The notes under the pieces: model-generated
The model's input: only the letters and a program-made list of their open reading frames with translations
Told to the model about the DNA's origin: nothing
The model's database searches: none
Shown: piece after piece, positions 58,601 to 64,000 of the stretch
Layout: the number at the start of each line of letters is the position of its first letter
Numbering within the stretch: position 1 is the first letter of the stretch
Source: Thermodesulfobacteriota bacterium
Lineage (GTDB): Bacteria > Desulfobacterota > Desulfarculia > JACQYL01
Length of the DNA stretch: 64,000 bases
Assembly (NCBI GenBank): GCA_963675595.2
Contig: CAXXLZ010000001.1
Location: 1,184,001 to 1,248,000 of the forward strand
Direction: 5' to 3'
Made by a program: the position numbers and the translations under genes

Positions 58601-61600
58601 AAAATATCTCCCGCCGCCGCCGGCTCACGGGAGCCTTCCATCTGTACGGAGAGATCGGCGACGGATTCCAGTTCCGTTCGAATACGAGCCGTACTGTTTT
58701 CGGAGTCGGGGTCATCGGTATCGGCTCTCACCGTGTAAGCCTTCTCGAATCCAGTCTTCCTGGAAGATGGAATCGGGCAACGAAATCGAACCCATCTGGC
58801 CTCGCCGGCTCTGACAGTGCCCAGATTGGGCCGCTCTTGGAATGGACGCCAAGTCTCTCCGTCTCCGAGCGCGAACTCGGTGGTGCTTATCTCCGACGCA
58901 CTGTCTTCTTCCACTATACAGTCGCGGGCATCGGACGGACCCAAGTTCTCAATCCGCATCCGGTAGACCACGCTTGATCCGGCAACGACGCGCTCTTGAT
59001 CCTGTGAGATGGAAGCCGCAAGGTCGGCCCGAATCGAGACATCGATCTTCCCTTCCCAAAGGTTGTTGTCTTCCCGGGGATCGGGAACTTGTGATTCCAC
59101 TCTCACTCGGTAGTCGAGCGTCTGGTCCGCCGACGAATCCACCGCGGACCGCATGAGGAACTTCCTCGACTGGAGTACGGATAATTCCCCCAAAGATGCC
59201 GAATCGTCAAAACCTTGCCAAGTGTCGCCTCCGTCCGTCGAGATTTCCATTTGAGAAATACGGTCGGAAACGGGCGTCATCACCACGACACCGGAAGCAT
59301 GAGAAGGTCCGGAGTTGAGCACCGTGAATTCATACTGAAGTGTGAGCCCCGCAACAGCGGAAGTCGGTCCGTCTGTGCGCGTCAACGACAAATCGGCGAG
59401 ACGCGCCAAAGGTCCGGTTGACATGACCAGGTCGTTGCCGGACAATTCCATGCCTTCGTTCTCGGAGGACGGTTTCAGCTCCAAGGATACCGAACCCACG
59501 GAGTCCGGCGGCACCCGGCCTTCAATCTTCAGATCGACGATGCCTCCAACGGGCAGATTGGGTATGTTGATCTTTTTGTCCAGCGGCTCCCAGTTTCCCT
59601 CCGGAAGTCGGTAACGGGCTCCTTGCAGCGCTGTTCCCGCATTGGTGTTGAGTGCCACGCCCCCGGCATCCGAGGGGCCCGAATTTCCAATTCGAACGAG
59701 AAATTCCGCCGGACGACCCGCAACTCCGGACTCGGGAGCCTGAACGAGTTCCAGAGCAATTTGGGATTTTGAAACTATCGGAGCCTGGATTAGGTAAAGG
59801 TTGTTTTCCGGATTTGTATCCTCGATCGAGGATGCGACTTCGAAACGTCTCAGAGCCTTGCCGGACGCGGAAGAAGGGACAGGGCTGCGCATCGGAAGAC
59901 TCAAAGTCTCGGCCGGTGCCATATCCCCCAGCTCAAGCTCCCCAACAAGCGCAGTCCAGGTGATCCCGCCGTCCCTGGAAACCTGAAGTTCGACTCCTGC
60001 ATCTTCGGGATGATGGATCAGAACCACGCCGGGCGCGCCGGACGGACCGGCGTTGGTGACTTTGATCACAGCCTCCAGGTCTTTGCCTGCCGGTATTCCG
60101 CCGGAATCCACCGTCGCGATTACCGAGAGGTCGGCTTTGGCGACAACGCGCGTGGCACCGTGTGCATGATTGTTCTCCAAGATGGGGTCTCGGGTTTTGG
60201 AGATGACTTCGACCGATTGGGCGACGTCTTCCACCACCGTTCCGTCCAGGATGCCCCATGCCGGAATCTTCACCAACGCATCGGCGCGGACATTGCCCAA
60301 GGAAACGGCCCCTTCCCATTTCCGCCAGGTTTTTCCTTGGTCGGGAGAGTATTGGACTTGTCGAACCGTTTCGGGCCACCTCGCGTTCAGCAACACTTCA
60401 TCAGCGTCCGAAGGACCGTTGTTACTCACGGTTATGGTATAGGAAGCCCGCTCTCCGGCGACGAAGGGTGCCGTGGGCGTCCAAAGCAGTACACTGACGT
60501 CCGCCTCCACCGACACGGGGATGGACGAAGAGTCCACCTTGTCGTTGGATGCGATGGAGTCCGACGTAGCCGCCGATACCAGGAACGCTCCCGAAAGCTC
60601 GTCCTTGGTCCGGGAGGGCACCCTGCCCCGTATGACGATTTCTCGAACGCCCCCGGCGTCGAGACTTCCCAACTCCAGGGTACCGGACGAGGGTTCCCAA
60701 TTATCTCCTCCGTCTATGGATGCTTTTGCTCGCTCCAGCAACCCAAGGGGCTCATAACTTAGACCGACCCCCATCGCGTCGGAAGGACCGAGGTTGGAGA
60801 CTCGCAGCCGATATTCCGTTTCATCGCCCGCCAAGACCGCATCCGGAGCATGAAGCAGTTCCAGACTCAGGTCCGCCCTGGCCTCAATTTGAGTACCCAA
60901 GACGAACCGATCATTCTCCTTATCCGGGTCCGGCGTGGCGGACGAATGGATCCGGGCTTCGTAGGTCAGAAGTCCGGATGCAGCAGGATCGATACGACCT
61001 TGAAGCAATAGTTCACGAATCTCCCCGGATGGCATGACGTCGAAGTTCAACATTCCAGGCCATGGAAGCCAAGTGGAACCGCCGTCAACGGAAATCTCCG
61101 GCCGGCTGAGCCGTTCCGGGGCATTGTCCCTAAGGGTTACATTGGCGGCGTTGGAGGGCCCCCTATTTTCCAAGATGATCCGATAGGATATCTCGTTCCC
61201 GGCGATGTTTGTTTCTTTGACCGACTCGATCCCGATTCTGAGATCGGCGGTTTCAACGACGCCGATTTCCATGATTGCTGCGTCGTTTTCTTCGTTTACT
61301 TCCGGAGTCTCGGAACCGATGACGACCTTTCCCACCAACGGGTCGCGGCGCGAAGGCTCAATGAGGCCTCGGAAAAGAATCCTTTTCTCGTCCTTGGCCG
61401 CGATGCGGTCGACACGAATGCGCTCGTCATTTACCGGATTCCATGTGACGCCGTCGTCCATTGACACCAGCGGGTTTCGAATACCCTCCGGCATTGCGGC
61501 TTGGACCCAAACCTCCTTCGCATCCGAAGGCCCCTCGTTGTAGGCTGTGAGATCCCATGCGAACTCATCACCCGCGACGGCGGAATCCGAAAGTGCGCTT

Positions 61601-63999
61601 TGCGAGGCGCGCAAATCCGCCTTGGCTTCAACCACGGTTCGTTCCAGACCCGCCCGGTTGTTTTCCTCATTCGGATCGTCCACCTTCGAGAAGACTTTGG
61701 CCGTATTCAGAATCAGACCCGTCGCCCTGGGGTCCACGGTCCCGCGTATACGCACCTCTTTCTTGGAGTGAGCCGTCAATGCGTCGAAAGACGCGGTTCC
61801 CTCCCAAGGCTTCCAGGTTTTTCCTTCATCCAGAGAGTACACGGGGTCCGGAATTTGGGCCGGTATCTCGGCCTTCATCTCGACGGCGGAAGCATCGGAA
61901 GGTCCTGCGTTGACCACCGCTGCAACGAGGGAGAGCTCCTCGCCCGCCGTCACGGGATCGGGAGCATCCGACAGAGTCACCGTCAGATCGGCAAGTCGCC
62001 CAACGGGCAGACTCAATGGTCCGGCGATGTTGTTGTCCACATCCGTATCCTTGGTATGGGCAACGGCCCTGATACGGTATGCGGGAATCACACCTGCATT
62101 GGATGAGAGTGGGCACCGCACCTTGAAGGATTCCGTAGCTCCCGCTTGGACGGTGCCGAGGGACAGCGGCCCCGTCCAAGCCTTCCACGCGCCGGACTCC
62201 GCATCCCGGTATTCCAACGCCTTCTGGTCGGACGGAATTTCGAGCTGCAGTGAGACGTCCCGGGCATCCGAAGGCCCTTCATTGATCAAGGACAGGAGAT
62301 ACTCAAAACTCTCCCCGGAAATCACACGTTGAGGGAGCCCGGACGATCGGAGTGAAATATCCGCATCCCGATCGACCTTTGTCCTCAAAGCGACCACTCC
62401 TTGTTCCTTTGCGACGCTCGCGGCTGAATCCGATTTCAGACCGAAACGGGCTTCAATGGGCTCTGATTCGGAAGAAAGAACCGTCCCTCGGATGGTCAGC
62501 GTCATTTCGGTCCCAACGGGCAGTGTTCCCAGACCGACGGCCGTTTTCCAGGGAGTCCACGTGACGCCGCCGTCGAGAGAATATTGGGCGCTCTTGAACG
62601 ACCCCGGCAGGGAAGACTCCAACACGGCATTCCGCGCATCCGACGGTCCCTTGTTCACCGCGTGCACGGTGTAGGTCAGCGGCGTGCCCGCGATTACCGG
62701 ATCCGTGTCGGCGACGACGGTCCAATCAAGCACGGAGACATTCTTCGTCTCAGCCTTTACGGAAAAATCATTGTTGGTCGCCAGGGGATCGTCCGTCTCC
62801 GACGCAACCGAGACGGAGCTCTGGAATTCGCCCAATGCCGACGGCGACACACGACTTCTCAGAAGTAATCGTTTTGTTTCCCCCGGTTTTAGGTCCCCCA
62901 AGGCATCCTGCATGGGCCACGGCTTCCAGCTGTTACCGTGATCAAGCGAATAGACGGGATCCAAGGCAGAGTCGGGGAATCGACCCAAGACCCGCACGCC
63001 ACGCGCGTTTGAAGGTCCCGCGTTGCCCACGGCCAAGTCATATTCCAGTTGTCGTCCCGCTACTATGACACCGGGAGTCATTTCGAGCTGCAATCCGAGG
63101 TCCGCTTCCGCTTTCACCGGGACTTGAACCGGCAGATGGTTGTTGTCGCGCGTCGGGTCTTCCGTCGCCGTGTTCACACGTCCTTGGCTGTAGACTCCTT
63201 CTAAAGCGGAGGGAGATACGACGCTTCTGAAGGATATCCGTTTGCTTTGCCCCGGTTCCATATTTCCAAGGGGGATACTGTCGTTCCATGGCTCCCAGGA
63301 CTTCCCCTCATTCAAAGAAAACTCCGATCCGGAAAGTTCTCCGGCGAAAGTGAAGTCCAATGAAACCTCATCAGCATCGGACGGACCCCGATTTTCCACT
63401 TCGAGGGCAAACTCCAGGTCCCTCCCGGCGATCGCCGCGGCGGGCTTCCCAGCACTGATCAGAGCAACGTCGGCGCTGGCTGTCAGCGGTGTCACCAACC
63501 TTCCACTGGAATTGTTCGACGGATCGGGATCCTTGGATCGTCCCCGAGCTTGGGCCGTCCCCGCAATGCTTCCCCTGGCGGAAGGCGCCACAAGGGCCCG
63601 AATCAGCAAGGTTCTGCTTTTCAGGGCCGGAATGAGAGGAAGGGTCGAGGCTCCGGACCAAGGTCGCCAAGTCTTCCCTCCGTCTTCCGAGTATTCCGGC
63701 TTCCGGAATTCAGATGTGAGACGGTCCTCCAATCGAACATCATCCGCGTCGGAGGGACCAAGGTTGGCCACTTCGATCTCGTAGGTCACCTCGCTTCCGG
63801 CCACGGCTTTTTCCTGAGCCGTCTTCTTTTTGACCAGGATATCCGCCTCTCGGATCACTTGAGTCTGCACGACGGAAAAACCGTCGGATATGCGGGGGTC
63901 AAAGGTTTCCAGGCCGACCGCTCTAAGGTCCACCCGGACGAAGCCCGCTGCGGAAGGCGCCACTTGTCCCCGAATTTGGAGGCTCTTCTTCGCCCCTTT
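55672..63999 (-). CDS. Giant DUF11-repeat surface protein (5' end outside the window)
   Basis: 22 complete repeats of about 125 aa with ADL...N.GPSDA...S.DGG.TW...DP...NN. The frame stays open to the window edge. Confidence 0.9.
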   Translation of the reverse strand, partial: KGAKKSLQIRGQVAPSAAGFVRVDLRAVGLETFDPRISDGFSVVQTQVIREADILVKKKTAQEKAVAGSEVTYEIEVANLGPSDADDVRLEDRLTSEFRKPEYSEDGGKTWRPWSGASTLPLIPALKSRTLLIRALVAPSARGSIAGTAQARGRSKDPDPSNNSSGRLVTPLTASADVALISAGKPAAAIAGRDLEFALEVENRGPSDADEVSLDFTFAGELSGSEFSLNEGKSWEPWNDSIPLGNMEPGQSKRISFRSVVSPSALEGVYSQGRVNTATEDPTRDNNHLPVQVPVKAEADLGLQLEMTPGVIVAGRQLEYDLAVGNAGPSNARGVRVLGRFPDSALDPVYSLDHGNSWKPWPMQDALGDLKPGETKRLLLRSRVSPSALGEFQSSVSVASETDDPLATNNDFSVKAETKNVSVLDWTVVADTDPVIAGTPLTYTVHAVNKGPSDARNAVLESSLPGSFKSAQYSLDGGVTWTPWKTAVGLGTLPVGTEMTLTIRGTVLSSESEPIEARFGLKSDSAASVAKEQGVVALRTKVDRDADISLRSSGLPQRVISGESFEYLLSLINEGPSDARDVSLQLEIPSDQKALEYRDAESGAWKAWTGPLSLGTVQAGATESFKVRCPLSSNAGVIPAYRIRAVAHTKDTDVDNNIAGPLSLPVGRLADLTVTLSDAPDPVTAGEELSLVAAVVNAGPSDASAVEMKAEIPAQIPDPVYSLDEGKTWKPWEGTASFDALTAHSKKEVRIRGTVDPRATGLILNTAKVFSKVDDPNEENNRAGLERTVVEAKADLRASQSALSDSAVAGDEFAWDLTAYNEGPSDAKEVWVQAAMPEGIRNPLVSMDDGVTWNPVNDERIRVDRIAAKDEKRILFRGLIEPSRRDPLVGKVVIGSETPEVNEENDAAIMEIGVVETADLRIGIESVKETNIAGNEISYRIILENRGPSNAANVTLRDNAPERLSRPEISVDGGSTWLPWPGMLNFDVMPSGEIRELLLQGRIDPAASGLLTYEARIHSSATPDPDKENDRFVLGTQIEARADLSLELLHAPDAVLAGDETEYRLRVSNLGPSDAMGVGLSYEPLGLLERAKASIDGGDNWEPSSGTLELGSLDAGGVREIVIRGRVPSRTKDELSGAFLVSAATSDSIASNDKVDSSSIPVSVEADVSVLLWTPTAPFVAGERASYTITVSNNGPSDADEVLLNARWPETVRQVQYSPDQGKTWRKWEGAVSLGNVRADALVKIPAWGILDGTVVEDVAQSVEVISKTRDPILENNHAHGATRVVAKADLSVIATVDSGGIPAGKDLEAVIKVTNAGPSGAPGVVLIHHPEDAGVELQVSRDGGITWTALVGELELGDMAPAETLSLPMRSPVPSSASGKALRRFEVASSIEDTNPENNLYLIQAPIVSKSQIALELVQAPESGVAGRPAEFLVRIGNSGPSDAGGVALNTNAGTALQGARYRLPEGNWEPLDKKINIPNLPVGGIVDLKIEGRVPPDSVGSVSLELKPSSENEGMELSGNDLVMSTGPLARLADLSLTRTDGPTSAVAGLTLQYEFTVLNSGPSHASGVVVMTPVSDRISQMEISTDGGDTWQGFDDSASLGELSVLQSRKFLMRSAVDSSADQTLDYRVRVESQVPDPREDNNLWEGKIDVSIRADLAASISQDQERVVAGSSVVYRMRIENLGPSDARDCIVEEDSASEISTTEFALGDGETWRPFQERPNLGTVRAGEARWVRFRCPIPSSRKTGFEKAYTVRADTDDPDSENSTARIRTELESVADLSVQMEGSREPAAAGDIFEYLISIANQGPSDALGVTLTDELAPIFRKPEIVLSGTDKWISFPGRAELGTIPAGKSLEFRLRGLIDPSASGTVTNSVNVGAETRDTNSSNNSSALVRTTIERSSDMAVLKVGGTDPLVPGEEFEFVLEAKNLGPSDADKVGIGCELPSQLKNTLISLDNGGTWMDPGAPGFLGGVAAGEKREFRIRGLVDTSTQLPMAFNVSVASDNPDPVSRNNSLSLVPAVHAEADLSILVTADHDPVVAGGTVVFRVMVKNEGPSDARNVAIKDVEVAPLSNAEFSSDGGDTWSPWKGSTRMDLLPAKAAAEILVRGVVSAGAISRISRKMSVSSAAADGNPKNDTMELVSRVATEADLSAEETTHPNPITAGTFLLRRLRVVNHGASDARGVVVKDRSAGLLSAPLCRIGHDGRWEPWNGALDIGTLEAGQTRDIEVRGVVPAGRLEELKSGIRVESTTSDPNPGNNDSRERLTQVKAVSDLSIHPADMAPQANAGEMVEFAFEIRNNGPSDARDVVAEDEFPEGRVKDPEFSLDEGENWSPWRGSARIRLVKAGEGVRVKIRGEVDASAPQGAIPYTVAVISATEEARAQDNSSGIMAVKVNTAADLSIKITGKPDPVEVTRTLEYDLIVENLGPSDAQDAVILDDLPSALQDPEFKVGKESAWRRWAGSMKLGTIPAMSSTAVRLRATVSPAATLSLKNRVEVRSTTIDPNIRNNRAEAATRVETIADLGVTMTGAPDPVRSGDRITYTVVIYNHGPCVAEELFLKHESSPSLVDPKYSTDGGANWRPLDRGAALGRIEVGQSRYALIQAALDPKATGRIESRSEISSATRDIRPENNLSDPVVLNIVSEADLQLTKSASVREVAAGESVLYTISVENRGPSDALQVKLTDRLPPRLLQPEASLDGGASWNRISGSMSLGTILSGTTKLVLIRGKVSPDSPSGSIINTAVVESDTLDPNPENSRSRAVSISVMGTLPQ

Positions 64000-64000
64000 C

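Overview
Bacterial chromosomal window, GC-rich and dense in housekeeping genes. Gene content (HdrB/HdrC-type redox proteins, YcaO-TPR, fused PurS-PurL, a probable selenoprotein) points to a sulfate-reducing or syntrophic Desulfobacterota (inference). Recognisable items are tRNA-His, trmJ, prpE-like synthetase, surE, rsmG, purL/purQ, wecB, an M16 peptidase pair, PepF, an intact 1733-bp IS with 9-bp target duplication, an accessory Hsp70 operon and a truncated giant DUF11-repeat protein. The strongest candidate for an undescribed system is at 22631-24821 (- strand): a cobalamin-dependent radical SAM enzyme with a C-terminal PqqD/RRE-like domain, coupled to a 48-aa peptide with six tandem ACH(A/G)P units whose DNA repeats differ almost only at synonymous positions. 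This looks like a multi-core RiPP pathway. Two further items are absent from the ORF track: a 56-aa CxxC/CxxU/CxxC probable selenoprotein with a SECIS-like hairpin (38184-38354), and two diverged copies of a ~110-125-bp MITE-like element (32095 and 53669). All family calls are by eye from motifs; no searches were run.
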